Positions 1 through 13,282 of a stretch of 64,000 nt of DNA are shown one piece after another. Below the pieces are notes generated by a model. That model did no database searches. It had not been told where the DNA came from and saw only the letters and a program-made list of their open reading frames with translations. A program made the translations under genes and the position numbers. Location: contig CM119371.1 of the NCBI GenBank assembly GCA_051294905.1, positions 37,884,001-37,948,000 on the forward strand. The letters run 5' to 3'. The stretch is from Botryllus schlosseri (lineage: Eukaryota). Numbering within the stretch: the stretch's first letter is position 1; the number at the start of each line of letters is the position of its first letter.

Positions 1-1218
1 TTCGAGTAGAAGTACTTCTTTCATAAGCAACCTAAAAATACTTGAAGTAGAAGTAGATTTTACTGACTTTAAATCTACTCAAGTAAGTAAGTAAGTAGTT
101 GTGAAAACGATCGTAATTCGTTCACATGGACTGTCAAAAGCTGTAAATTGAGCTATGCCGAAGGTGTAGAGAGCTTGATTGATATTGATGCATCCCAACT
201 GTAAGAATAAGCAGAATACAGAATAATCAGTAGTTCACATCATGGGATGTAAATGATAGTATTGGTATGGAAATGCGATACTAATTCTTCGTCCATTCGA
301 ACACCCTGTTTTAGATAATACCATGACATGGCGCCCTCTCCCATAATACAAGGCCCGAGTTCAGTCGAAAAGCAATACGGAGAAGTTGTGTTGGATACGG
401 CTTTAACAGTTAGTGCGGTTAGTATACGTTAATTAAAAATATGGCAGATCGTAAAAATGCCATATAGTGTATAGCTGTATTTCCTGAAAATATAAGGTAA
501 TACTAAAATTGCTTTTATACTTCAACAGGTATGTTTTCCAGACAAAAGAACTGAAACTACAATTAGAACTCAACGTATAACACTCGTAATTGAAAGAAAA
601 ATACAAATACTACTTCTAAAAAGCGGAAAATATATTTGATGTCTTTTGCCCAGAAAGTTTCAACGGTGGTCTGCTAAAACAGGTCTAACGTTTAAAAAAA
701 GTCAAAGTTCACGTTTCCAGATTAGGACACGTCACGGGCTGATAGGTATAAAAGGTTATTGCTAGATTGTGGAACGATAGTTTCAAACGTTATTGGGGGC
801 CATACTCACTGTGATGAAATATCTCGTATAGGCGACAATGCGGTGTGAACTGAACCACGCAACCCGGTATCTAAATTATTTTCAGCGATACTTTCGTAAA
901 ACATATTTGTCAATCCATATCTACTGCGCGCGAAGCGCAACGAAAATTCTGGGTATACCATGACTTTTATGAAAATTAAATGTTGGTACTACGTTAAAAC
1001 ATCCCCGAAATTCCTTAGATTATCTCTCTTGTTGGTAGATTAAACTACTTCTACTTGACAAACTGAAAATAGCGAAAAGTAAGTAAGTAGTTCAAAAAAT
1101 ATTACGAAGTAGAAGTAGAAGTAGCGAAAAAAGATCTACTTGTGTAAGTACCAGAAGTAGAGGAAAACTACTTGAGTACTTCGAAAAAGTAGAAGTACTT
1201 CGTTACTGACCACCTCTG
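1..1218. mobile_element. Non-autonomous DNA transposon (MITE-like) with AAGTA/AGTAG-rich subterminal repeats, left end outside the window
   Basis: Clusters of agtagaagta/aagtaagt at 1-100 and 1040-1200, ending tacttcgttactgaccacctctg. A similar end occurs near 19045-19067. Confidence 0.5.
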
Positions 1219-1349
1219 CTGCATTGATATATTTACTCGTTTATAACTCCGCTGGTTGGCGACTGAATCTAATACCTTCCGGTCCCTTGTCGTCTCTCAA
1301 TCTGCATGTGGTCTTTGTTGGTGCGATGAATAAAACATACTTACTGACT

Positions 1350-1584
1350 GAGCGAGATAGTGTTAAGGTTATGCGTCCGGCTTCTCGATCGGTAGGCCGT
1401 GGGTTCGATCCCCGGCCGGGACCAAAGACTCGAAAATTGGTATCCGCAGCTATCCTGCTAGGCGCTCAGCAATCACGAATAGCATGGGGGAGAAAAAAAC
1501 GGGGGCGCAGACTAGATGACCTCACGGCCGCATCGCAACTCCGTCAAAGCATCTCGATGGTGCAGGCGAAAAAGAATATCATGC

Positions 1585-1620
<36 letters not shown>
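1350..1620 (+). mobile_element. tRNA-derived SINE, copy 1
   Basis: A-box-like tagtgttaagg, B-box ggttcgatccc and a (CT)n tail. Closely similar to 14242-14494. Confidence 0.8.
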
Positions 1621-1622
<2 letters not shown>

Positions 1623-3191
1623 GTGCGCACTGCCTGTTACGGTGATACGGCCGTTCGTAGCGGACATGACACTGTAGTTACACTTTGATGCAATGGATTG
1701 ATTTGGAACCGTTTTCACTTTTCTGGTCAGTGACTCGGCCGACTCGGTGGTCGCCTTTCGTGTCTTTTGCGCCTGGGCTGGTAATACAATACTTGAACTT
1801 GACGCTTGTAATCCAGCTGTCGGAAAGTGTCCGCGATCCTAAAATATTTACTCCGTAGTATGGAAATGAACATCTTAGGTATTCTCGCGACCAAAACATT
1901 TTGATTTTGATGAAGATAATTATAGAATGGGCTATGACTATACTGAGACGGTATGAGCATTAGCAATTTTAACAGAATCTACTTCTCGAGGTCTAATTTT
2001 GAATATCATAGCAAATAGCAACAGCCTTTGGGCTATGGCATCTTCACTATTGCTTTCGCAACATTAAGGGCCATGGGCCCGGCGCCCCTGAGTGGAATCG
2101 GTGGCAACGGCACGCGCACCGTCACGCGAGCATTTGTATCTGATCACGCCGATTAATGAATTATGCGGACGTCACAAAGCGATACCAGAGTCCAGATCCA
2201 GAAAAAAACGCTTGCGATTTTAATGAACGCAAGCAAGCGTGGTATTTGTGCAACAGCGAATGTATGGCATATCCCTAGTCTGGCGTATACCAGGTCTATT
2301 TTAGCACATTGTGTCGTTTAGTAAGTAATTCAGTATCGAATCAGCGAAAAATATTTTCGTCACGCGGATGAAATTTTCCAATCACGCGAGAAATCCTTCT
2401 GTCACGCACAACATGTTGTCGAAAACAACCACCGATCCCAGTCTGGCCGGCGCCCAGGGCCACCGTGGGTCCGTCGTCCGTGGAAGTTGAAGGCTGAGGT
2501 TGCAGTGCCATGGTCTGTGTTTTAATCGAACTTTGAGATCCTGTTGACCAAGTGTTACAAAGACTGTGTGACAAAATGCTGTAAAAGTGGATGAAATTTG
2601 TAAAAAAAACAACTGATAATGCTATAGATATATATGCGATGCTCATATTTTTGACAGGATACATTAAAATACTCCTCAAACCACACAGGAAGGTTCCATA
2701 TCGTGATGCACTGTATTAGTGAAACCCTTGGATGAGTCAAGGAGTTACGATCCATAGACATACTGCATATGCGACTCTCGGGAATGACTGAATGAGAGTT
2801 GAAGTTCAGTTCAGGTTGGTTTGGTCTTGGGGTTATCAAGTCACTGGCTCAAACTTCCAACTAGTAAGTGGCCTATGCAAGACCCATATTACTATCTGCT
2901 TTGATTAAAACTACTCAATGAAATTGGAACATTGAAATAAAACTGTTTTCGTACTGTATTGACTTTCGCCCATTGTGGTATTATCGACACAATCCTAAGT
3001 ACCCCGCAGCGGGTGTAGACGTCGACAGGGGGTGAAATTGGAATTAACTCTACCCCCTTTCCGAGTTCGACTCTAGCTCCTTTTCAAAATCCCTTCATGT
3101 TCTCTTGGAGAGAGTAATCTGCTTATCCTTTTAAATGCATTCGCATACTGTTTCTTGTTGTGCACTGCCTTATCAACCTAAATATTTATAG

Positions 3192-4653
3192 CAGTGGTTC
3201 TCAACCTTTTTCGCTTCGCGGACCCCTTTTGACCGCCACGGACCCTCGCGGACCCCTTCAAGTTTTAGTTCAATTTTAGCTCTTTTATGGTGCAACCTTC
3301 ATCTGTCTTGTGTAAATATGAGCTGTAGGCATGTGGTAAACAGAAAAATATTGCTTTTTCTTGAAAATAATATTATACTATTTATGTATAAATTGGTAAA
3401 ATTTCATTACTTCAAAGCTAATTATGCTGCTGTGTTTCTTGAAGTACGTGGTCGTGTCTTGAAAATCCGGGTCTTCGTTTTGATATGAACGAGGAGTGCC
3501 GAAAACCATTACCGCAAAGATAGATGGAGGCTAATGCAATATTAACGCATAACGCTTCCGACGAGACTTTTAGTGTGATCGCAACATTTATGGCACCAAA
3601 ATGAAGAAACATATATTTTATGAACATATCACACCCAGTATCTAGCGCAGAGATGGGTAACATGCACACCGCGGGCCGGATTCGGCCCGCAGAGAGTTTC
3701 TACCGTCAAATTGAAATCCTAATCTAAAAGTATAGACAAATTTTATGCGGCAAACAATGTATCCTAGTTTTCCAACCTGAGGAAGGCTGTCATGAAACGA
3801 CTTGTTCTGTTCGGGTCTACATATATATTTACGAGCAAACATTTGCGATCATGAACAATTGAACACTAACACGACAAGGCTGCATACCAATATAACTGGT
3901 GATATGAATTTCAGGGTTGGAGCGTAATGCTTCGACAGCAACGAAACAGTCCTTGTTAATCAAAAAACCAGCCTTGTCGATAGGGTATATGCAATAAGAA
4001 TGCGTCCAATTTGATAGCCGAGCTTTAAGAGTAGGTATATCATTGTCCGATTTATGACGAGTGTCAGCCGTAAATATTCGGGTTAATTTCAATATGAATA
4101 TACTATTCAATTATATATTGAAGTTCTGTACCTCCAAGAAGCTGTTCAAATAGTGGTTATGTATATCACATAGGATAAATGGATTTGGTGGCGAGGTTTC
4201 AATCCCTGCATTGAGACAAATTAGGGAAATACTTCGGAAATTTTTATTTCAAGCGACTGTTCACTAATTTGATGACAACTTCAAATCGAGAAGGTTTCGC
4301 AGACATTACGAAGTCACCCTGATTGACGTTACTATCTCCATATTTTTATTTTAACCCCAAACCCCAACAAAACGTCTCTAAACAGCAATATGTTTGTATG
4401 AGCAGGTTATTGGAAAATGGGCAATGAAAATGAATTTCCACACAACGATAGTTCATGTCAGACGATTATTATGATGATATGAGTCATGAGGTTTTAGCAG
4501 TTGTGGTGCGAAACTGCCTTATGCTTTCTCAAATTAAAAAATAAAAATAAAAATAAGTTATCAACCATTATAAAAATTTGGAGGTGTCGCGGACCCCCTA
4601 AAATTGCTTCGCGGACCCCTAGGGGTCCGCGGACCCCCGGTTGAGAACCGCTG
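3192..4653. mobile_element. Non-autonomous hAT element with degraded transposase remnants
   Basis: TIRs cagtggttctcaacc / ggttgagaaccgctg and perfect 8-bp TSD atttatag (3184-3191, 4654-4661). A minus-strand remnant IYLCGNGF resembles the hAT C-terminal TYLCExGFS motif. Confidence 0.85.
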
Positions 4654-5311
4654 ATTTATAGTTAACCATTCGTCATACTTTATTATGCCCCCATAGTCAG
4701 TTGTCAACAGCACACCGAAATTTGTTTTTGATTCGCCTCCTCGATTTGCGAGTAACTCATTATTCACATATATAACTGGCAAAGGTTTATGCGTATAGGG
4801 ACGTTTACATAGACAAGATTACATGATCCTTGTTGCATTGGAGTTTGTACCCGATTATTCCATTACAATTTAATACATTGTCTGCTTTCAAAGTATCCTT
4901 CTTTTTTCTTTCATCTCTTTCTCCTTTTCTCTCTGCTGGTTACGTGCCTGCGTACTGTCATCCGATGAGCCAGGGGTTGCCTAATACGTTTTTGCATTAT
5001 GATGTCTTTGAGTGAATATTTTTAAAACTATTGACAGAGACTGGAACAATGATTATGGATTGCTCCATGTTATTTGACTATATATCAACTTTTGCGATCA
5101 TTATTGCTCGCTCTTTTATGTTGGCCTAATATACTGTTTCTTTTAATTCACTGTACATGTTCTTTAGGCCAAGGGTGGGCAAACTTCGGTTGCACATGCG
5201 TTTCGCCATTTTGCTAGGGAGGTTTAACCTTATTATAAATTGTTGCATTTAATCGTGTAATAGCTTAGCAATATGTGTGTTGTTTCTTTCCTTATTATGG
5301 TTTACGCAAGA

Positions 5312-6481
5312 TAGCTTTCAATACAACATCCATTGTAGCAGTATATTTATTAAACTCGAAGACTTTTCGGGTGCCTCTTTTCAAGAGTTTTCGGCACACT
5401 AAAGGGATTTAAACAGATTTAAAAGCAAAACCAAAAAGGCAAAGTATGACGCAACAATCAAAATCACAGACCATGAAATTCGCATTGTATCAATGGCAAC
5501 AATAACAAACTACGAAGTATACGGACATACGGTACTATAGTAGCAGCACAATTTGTAAATAAACAGTTACACGCACGGAACAACACGCACTCCAAAATAT
5601 GGCCCAGAAAAATGCCCGGCATTTTTACACCTACCTTGGCTAGGTAACGTGTCTAGCCGATTTGAAAAGCTTATTAAATCGGCTGTTCACCGTTGCTACT
5701 ACAGCGTTAACACGCATGTAGTGTACACGACGAAACCCTTGTTACCCAACTCTCGAAAAGATGTACTTCCTGCCTTTGATGCAAGTAATGTTGTTTACCA
5801 ATACAAGTGCCACTGTGATAGTAGGTATGTAGGACGTACATCTCAAAGATTGTTTGAGCGTATCAAGCAGCATATCCCAAAATTGATTCGGTCAAAAACA
5901 TGCGCAAATGATCGCACGGAGCTCGCACGTCAGTGCAAATTGGCTGCAAAAACAGACTGCTATGATGATTACCAAGCATATGCTTCGTCAATCGGTCAGC
6001 ATCTGAGTGAAAACCTTGCCTGTGCACAGCACTATGATGACAATATGTTCACTGTCATTACGCGTGGTAGGTCTGTGTTTCATTTAAAAGTGTTGGAGTC
6101 TACTATTATTCAGTTGAGCAAACCTATTTTATGCAGACAGAAAGATTTCCTCTATAACCTACAAATTTCTCATTAGTGCGTGTTGTTCCGTGCGTGTAAC
6201 TGTTTATTTACAAATTGTGCTGCTACTATAGTACCGTATGTCCGTATACTTCGTAGTTTGTTATTGTTGCCATTGATACAATGCGAATTTCATGGTCTGT
6301 GATTTTGATTGTTGCGTCATACTTGCCTTTTTGGTTTTGCTTTTAAATCTGTTTAAATCCCTTTAGTGTGCCGATAACTCTTGAAAAGAGGCACCCGAAA
6401 AGTCTTCGAGTTTGATAAATATACTGCTACAATGGATGTTGTATTGAAAGCTATATTCAAGTTCTGTACCACGAACCAGCT
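5312..6481 (+). mobile_element. 5'-truncated Penelope-like retroelement with an inverted copy of its 3' repeat
   Basis: GIY-YIG ORF flanked by ~280-bp inverted repeats (5311-5591 and 6175-6454). A 12-bp direct repeat gtttacgcaaga at 5300-5311 and 6482-6493 is the likely TSD. Confidence 0.85.
5592..6176 (+). CDS. GIY-YIG endonuclease domain of a Penelope-like element (N-terminally truncated, no RT)
   Basis: VVYQYKCHCDSRYVGRTSQRLFERIKQH...SSIGQHL...LKVLESTII...KPILC fits the Penelope GIY-YIG/CCHH pattern. The frame is open upstream as PKYGPEKCPAFLHLPWLG. Confidence 0.85.
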   Translation, partial: PKYGPEKCPAFLHLPWLGNVSSRFEKLIKSAVHRCYYSVNTHVVYTTKPLLPNSRKDVLPAFDASNVVYQYKCHCDSRYVGRTSQRLFERIKQHIPKLIRSKTCANDRTELARQCKLAAKTDCYDDYQAYASSIGQHLSENLACAQHYDDNMFTVITRGRSVFHLKVLESTIIQLSKPILCRQKDFLYNLQISH

Positions 6482-7704
6482 GTTTACGCAAGACTTGTAA
6501 AGTTTACTGGAAGGTGGCACAACAGGGTTAAAAATTTGCAATTGAACTCTTGAATCCAGTTCACATAACCATTTCACCCGCAACAATATATATCACTGGT
6601 CATCAATCAATGATGAATCATTGTGTTCAACAATGAACTTGATAATTAACTGCGCCAACAAAGGTCACAATCATTTCCGGGCTAGCAATGGTGAATACGG
6701 CATTATTATTTGTATTGTAAAGACTAGCAATAACTGCAGAGTTTGGCCAAGAAAATCGCGTCGAGATACCGAGCTGAAGTCTACCTTAGATTCTCATCAG
6801 CACTTGAAGCAACTGCTCCGCACTGCTTAAACGTCGCATCAGCCTGATTTCAAGCACCTTGCAGCCCATGCAGGTGGAGACGCAGTGTATCACCACACAA
6901 TAATATACTTCATTTGATAGCCTACATTTTATTGCTACTTTGTAAATTGGTATTTTTGAATTATCGTGTTGTGGCTCTATTAAAACTGAAATTTTTCGCG
7001 CATGAAGCAGGTCTGCCCACCCTGTTCTAGGCCAAGGTGTGGTATTGATTGTAAGACGAGTCCTAGTCGTTTCTACACCCTCCTATCTTTTCATTATATC
7101 AAAGTTTGTAGTTATTAAAAATGATGACATCAATAATAAACTGAATTGACTATACTTTGCCGGATAGTCCAATACCCTATGTTTAATGGTTAAGTATTTG
7201 TGAACCACCGCCCCGGCATGTTTTTTATGGCTTTCAAGCGTTGGGTCATTGGTTATCTCAATCATCAATTCTGCCATGCAAAAATGATTAGAGTAGTACT
7301 GCACTCTGCGTCATGTGTTCATTCTGATGATTTGAGGCGATTAGTGGGGAATGATTCTTTTGAGTAGCGGTAATGAAATTATGCCCTTCTTGCCACCAAG
7401 ACCTAATTTATCAACAAAAATTATACATTCAATAGTATTTACCACTGTGGGAGCCTTGAAGCCTCGATTGCTACGCACCTTGGTGGAAATGACACAGGCC
7501 TACTCGTGAAGTCGTGATCTGATCAACCTGTTGCATTGTCAAAATAGGCATGGTCAAAAAGATGTGAAATTATCTTCAATGTGATGTAGTTCCGCAGTAG
7601 CCATTGGGTATTTCAAACATCAATCCTGCGATCCAATCGTGGCAACTGATTCTCTAGCCCATTTCTTCCAAGTTTTTTCCAGATATAGGCACAATGTAGA
7701 ACTA

Positions 7705-8655
7705 ATGGCCGCGGAGCCTCGAAATTCACCGCGATATTGCCAAAGTTCACCTCTGCTAACGGAGACGCACTCGGATCTAAAAGACAGAATCAATTCTTTT
7801 GACGAGTCGTCCGACTGCAAGAACGACAATGCGCATTTTTTCTGCGGCGCCGGATCATCCGCCATCAACATCGTCCTCACGTTCCCCGTGAACAAAGTCA
7901 TGTTTCGCCAGCAATTGTTCGGATTCCGGATCCAAAAGGCAATTCAGCAGATGAGGCGCGAAGGCTTCATTCGACTATACCGCGGATTACCTGCTCCTCT
8001 TCTACAAAAATCATTGTCTACTTCGCTAATGTTTGGATTATATCATAAAAGCCATCATGTGCTGAGATATGAGTGGAGATGGAATAATACTATTGCGACG
8101 TTGAGTGCTTCTGTATTTGCTGGCACTTGTGAAGCCGTTTTAACTCCCTTCGAACGGGTGCAAGTGCTGTTACTAACCCCGAAGCACCACGGTACATTTA
8201 AAAGTACATACCACACATTGACCACATTGCACTGTTACAACTCCGGCGTGAAAGAATATTACCGCGGTCTGAGCGCGATATTAATCCGAAACGGATTTTC
8301 AAACGCCATATTTTTCGGTCTCAGAAAACCTATCAAACAACTGCTTCCAAAAGCAGACCAAGGTACCGTTAAAAATTCAGTGAACGACTTCATCAGTGGT
8401 GCCGTTATTGGCGCCATTTGCAGTACGCTGTTTTATCCTATCAATGTAATAAAGACTAGGATGCAATCTAATGTTGGCGGAGAATTTTTGTCTTTGAAGC
8501 AAACTTATATTTTGATATATAACGAACGCGGGCGAGATTTGAGGAAATTTTTCCGCGGTTGTCACGTCAACATAGCGCGTTCTTTTTTATCGTGGGGCAT
8601 CATTAACGCGTCTTTTGAAATGCTTCTGAAATTTTTTTACAATGTCAAGTCCTGA
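7705..8655 (+). CDS. SLC25A51: Mitochondrial carrier of the SLC25A51/MCART1 type (NAD+ transporter family), coding region in one exon
   Basis: TFPVNKVMFRQQLFG, LYRGLPAPLLQK, LTPFERVQVLL and FYPINVIKTRMQS carrier motifs typical of SLC25A51/52. First in-frame ATG at 7705, about 316 aa. Confidence 0.88.
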   Translation: MAAEPRNSPRYCQSSPLLTETHSDLKDRINSFDESSDCKNDNAHFFCGAGSSAINIVLTFPVNKVMFRQQLFGFRIQKAIQQMRREGFIRLYRGLPAPLLQKSLSTSLMFGLYHKSHHVLRYEWRWNNTIATLSASVFAGTCEAVLTPFERVQVLLLTPKHHGTFKSTYHTLTTLHCYNSGVKEYYRGLSAILIRNGFSNAIFFGLRKPIKQLLPKADQGTVKNSVNDFISGAVIGAICSTLFYPINVIKTRMQSNVGGEFLSLKQTYILIYNERGRDLRKFFRGCHVNIARSFLSWGIINASFEMLLKFFYNVKS

Positions 8656-8723
8656 CTGCTGCATTTTTCGAGTCGTTTCCGCCTTGAGCACAGCTGAAAC
8701 CTGTCTGGTATCGTGCTTCGATG

Positions 8724-9174
8724 CAGACTTGGACAAGTAGAATTAGACTAATTAGAGTGAAATCTCTTTGCTCTAATTCTAATCTAATTTGTGACATCTC
8801 TTTGCTCCAATTCTTATCTAATTTGTGAAATGTTTAAATTTTACTTCTAATTTATTTTCTGGTTTCTCGATAGAAGTGTGTAGTGCAAAACGATCCAAGC
8901 TTGCTGTACAGACATTTGCTATTTTCGTGCTCCCAAGAAAGAACCATGATCTAATATTAACAGAACTTGATTCAGTGCCCAAGTTTTCGCCAATTTTGTA
9001 ACTCCAATCTAATTTGAAAAAATCTGTCGCAAAAATTATAAATTTAATCTAAATTGGAAATGAATGTGTAGCTATAATTCCAGTCTTGTCATACTCTAAT
9101 TTGGAAATAAACTTTGTAGCTGTAATTCTGATCTAATTTGAAAAAGCTGGAAATTCTCTAGTTGTCCAAGTCTG
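8724..9174. mobile_element. MITE with ctaatt-rich internal repeats (uninterrupted family member)
   Basis: TIRs cagacttggacaa / ttgtccaagtctg. Relatives at 19232-35028 (split) and about 63213-63640 (reverse). Confidence 0.75.
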
Positions 9175-10811
9175 CCTTGAGATGAACTTTTGTTGCTTTG
9201 GTGCGGCACTACGCTCGCTGTGACATGGTCTCAAATTATAAGGTTGGAGTTGTGAGAAACACATTGACAACAGCTATTTCCTGAGAAAGCCACGGTATTC
9301 AAACTGCAGCTAGAAAAATTCGTGAAAGGCTGTAGGCACTATTACAGGGATCGATCAGTGGCATGTCATCAGCTGCTTCCCAGGGAAAATGGCTGCTGGA
9401 AAAAATCTTTTTGGCACCTCCAACGTTAATTTGAGACCACATCATGTTGAGAGCGTAGCGCCCCTTTAAGGTGAGAGTAATAATTTATTCAACGCCAAGT
9501 TTCAAAATTGAATAGTTCTCCTATATATAAGATTTTTGAAAATTATTCCTAGGAATTGACTTTAAATGTTTTAATATTATCGGAGCAGACGCTTGACGAG
9601 TGTTAGCCAAAATGTCCTTGTCTGTTTCAATTTAAATACTGTTCATTCAAAATTATTGTTGTGAATCAAACGAACTTTGCAACTTGAAATGAGGAAAATA
9701 TATTTGCCATTTGACTTCAATAGTATTGCTTTGCCCATGTGGATCCTGGGCCTGGAGTGACCCAAAATCATTCTTGGAAAACAGACTTGCGCTCTGATAT
9801 GTGGAGTTTTCTTGCATTTTGTTTAAACTGTGACTTTTTTGTTCTGAAACGTAGATTTTTTCCGCATCTTGGTGACCTTATTCAATGAACATACCTTCTT
9901 CATGACTGTTCGATTTTGGCTGCTCGACAGACCGGGTTACTCGGCTTGAACTGATGCCAAAAGAAGGTTCTTATGCTTGAGGGTCAATGACAGCTGTTAT
10001 TTACAAACTACTTCCAAGGAGATGAAGAATATCTAAGGTCTGAAGAGTAGCCTAGTCTAGTAGATTGTGTGTATTGTCAATAAAGACTTTCAGCATCTTA
10101 AGATGATCACCATGACAATTTCAGCTAGTAAAAATTTCCCAGACGGATTACGGTGAGCAGAGACATGATGGTGGAAAATGTAACTATGGAAGTGCAAATG
10201 AAAATATCGATTAAATAGGTGATCAAAGTACAGTTGTTGGTAGCCAAGTAGAAGTAATGTAAATTAACAATGAAGTGCATGTCGAAGTATTGATTTCCAA
10301 ATTGGTAAAAAACCGAGTATTCCAGGTAGCACGTAGTTCGGAAACATAACCACTTGAGTATTATTTTGGAAGTATGTAAAACCTAGTGGAGTACAGTAGT
10401 TCATAAAGTTGAAGTACGTCGTTGTTGACGGCCTCTGATGAATTCATACAGATTACATCAACTGTCGATTAGCCTGAAATATTCGAGACCGGGCTCTATA
10501 GAGAGTGAGTCTTTATTTTGATCCAACCAAAATACATAAGAGGTAGACAGCAATGATGGTGGCCTAGATTTCCAAAGATTGTTGACAGACTCGAGGATTC
10601 GCGTATTAACCTCAAATTCAACCCGTACTTGGGAGGGAGTTGTGTTCTCTTGGAATTTGCGTTGATCAGGTGATATTCCGACAAAATCGTCCCCGTTATG
10701 AAGCATATTTAATGTTATTATTGGATGATGGGATTACCAGTAAACCCAGCCCTCGGTAAACCCAGCCCTTGGTGAACCCGGCCCTCGGGAAATTTGGTAT
10801 TCACCGGCATC

Positions 10812-11143
10812 CCGGCAACCCTAACCCTAATATCCCACCTCCGGCAACCCTAATATCCCCCCTCCCACAACCCTAATATCCCACCTCAGGCAACCCTAAT
10901 ATCCCCCTCCCACAACCCTAATATCCCACCTCCCCGAACCCTAACATCCCATCTCCGGCAACCCTAACCCTAATATCCCACCTCCGGCAACCCTAATATC
11001 CCCCCTCCCACAACCCTAACCCTAATATCCCACCTCTGGCAACCCTAATATCCCAGCAACCCTAACCCTAATATCCCACCCCCGGCAACCCTAATATCCC
11101 CCCTCCCACAACCCTAATATCCCACCCCCGGCAACCCTAATAT
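10812..11143. repeat. Degenerate ~22-28 bp minisatellite containing telomere-like AACCCT units
   Basis: Repeated caaccctaa(ccctaa)tatccc(a/c)cctcc units. Confidence 0.9.
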
Positions 11144-12496
11144 TCACATTTTAACATTTTAACATTGGCGTCGTCGCAGATGGCTTCTTCTGGCAGACTA
11201 GATCTTGCACGCGGCAAAAATCCGTCCATTCGGGCGTTTTATCTGAATCGGGTTATCATTAATTTCATCGGACACCACAAGATTGCTATACAATGAGAAC
11301 ATAAGAAGGTTTTTAAACGGATCGGAGCATTCTTTGATATTAGTCACCCACCAGGACCTCGCCTAGATGATGTCGTTGTAGCGCACTGGCGTAGCCAGCG
11401 AGGGGCGATCGCCCCCCCCCCCAAATTTTAGGAAAATTTTTCGTAAAATCAATAAATATGACATTATTTTAGGGCAGATGACTGCAACCTAAAAAATTTC
11501 TTCGCGCTTTGCGCGATTTAGTGTCCATGATCATGACTGTCTTGATTTTATTATCGGTGTCCCGGAAAAAAATCTTCCGCAAATACCCACAATTGATTTT
11601 AGCTGCATTCTTAATTATGAGAATACAACAGTACCAGTAGATACACGAGAGTAACTCAAGGTCGTTGGGTTGATTGAGTTTAGGGTTGTCAGTTCAATAT
11701 GGGGATTGGGGACTGTTAGCTCCGACAATTCCCGTTACGGGACACACGAAGACATATAAAGTAGGTTACATGCGACTCCGCAAAGTGCGCTCCCAAAATG
11801 ATTGACCGACCGACGCATGTATTCGATATAGATTTTCTGGTACTTAAATGGCTGGCGCCTAATGATCCTGTCCCTGCAATCAGACTTCTCCGACATGAAT
11901 GCGACTGGCACAGGAAAATATCGCCACCTCCCTTTAAAAAGTGCTAATTTGAAATCGCACGAGTCTGATCAAAGGAGTTTTGTAATTAGGTCTGGTATAT
12001 ATATCAGCAATTCCAATCTCTAAACCAGCATCAATCTTTTCCAGAGGTCAGCACTAAATAACCGTGCTTCAACGAAGTAATTATTAAGAATGGAATCCAC
12101 TTGCTCATATACACGCACCAATATTATTGATCAAATACTTTGATTTACTCAAAAACATGTACGCTCCGCGCGACTAGGTCCGAAATGCACACTGCTTTTC
12201 AACTGGAAGCTTCCATAGGGTATGTGTGTGCGTGCGTCTAAGAATCGTTTGAATAAAGGGTAGTGATGAAATTGCCCATGGCAGGATGTACGGTTCTGCG
12301 AGGTGTTCCCACGGGAGAGCTTCCCTAAACTCATAAAAATCCCCCCCCCCCCCCCCGCAATAAAAAATGTAATTCTAGCTGCGACCTTGTGTGCGAGAGA
12401 TCTCTTGAGTGGTGACAGCTTTCTCCGCAAGTCATGAAGTAACAGCAATAAATGACAACTGTCCCGTCCAGCGTCCACCCTATACAAACTCTAAAT

Positions 12497-13282
12497 CAGT
12501 GGTTCTCAACGTTTTTGTCGTCGCGGACCCTCTTTGCACCTTCACGTAGGCTACCCCGGCGGACCCCCGGTTCTTATTTCAAATTTGCCTCTATTATCAT
12601 GCAACCTTCATCTGTCTTGTGCAATTATTATCTGTAGGCTAGTGATAAACAACAGCGAAATGACCTTTCTTGAAAATAACACCGACTTTTTATTATTTTA
12701 AAGCGAATTCTGTAGCTGCATTTCTTGAAATACAGGGCTATGTCTTGAAAATCCACGTCGTCGATTTGATATGAACGAGTGCCGAGAATCCATTTCCACA
12801 GAGATAGGTGGTGACGAATGTAATAATAACGCGTAACGCGTCAGACGACACATTTGGCTATGATGGCAACATATAAATGGATCAATATATATCCTCCAGC
12901 CTAGACATTTCTATCTAGCAGCTCATCGTGAAGTTATTCTGGAATAGCGGTCGGTGTATTTCATGGGAGAAAATGGATCTCGGCATACAATTATTTCCAA
13001 AACCCCAGCAAAACATCCCTAAACAGCAATGTGTTCGTATAAGTAGGCTATTGGCAATTAAAATGACTTTGCCCGGTGGAATATTTCATCTCAGACGGCC
13101 ATTCTCTGTTTATGTGAGTCCTGAACTTTCAGCAGTTACGAAGCGAAAGTGCTTCATCATCTCTCTAATTTAAAACAAACCAAAAATAGTTTATTATTAT
13201 TAGGTTATCAACCATTTTGCAAATTTGGAGTTTTCGTGGATCCCTTGAAAAGGCTTTGCGGATCACCGGTTGAGGACAACTG
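12497..13282. mobile_element. Non-autonomous hAT element related to 3192-4653
   Basis: TIRs cagtggttctcaac / gttgaggacaactg and TSD ctctaaat/cactaaat. Shares internal sequence with 3192-4653 (tgcaaccttcatctgtcttgtg, tttgatatgaacgag). Confidence 0.75.

Larger units (their letters stand above)
5170..7024. mobile_element. hAT-type MITE hosting a Penelope-like insertion
   Basis: Ends caagggtgggcaaact / gtctgcccaccctg with imperfect 8-bp TSD ctttaggc/ttctaggc. Confidence 0.6.

Noticed and set aside
1224..1688. 154-aa ORF
   Set aside because: Runs through a SINE and a CT microsatellite, so it is spurious.
1678..2839. Cluster of minus-strand ORFs as a possible gene
   Set aside because: No recognisable domain or consistent exon structure, and many stops in the connecting frames.
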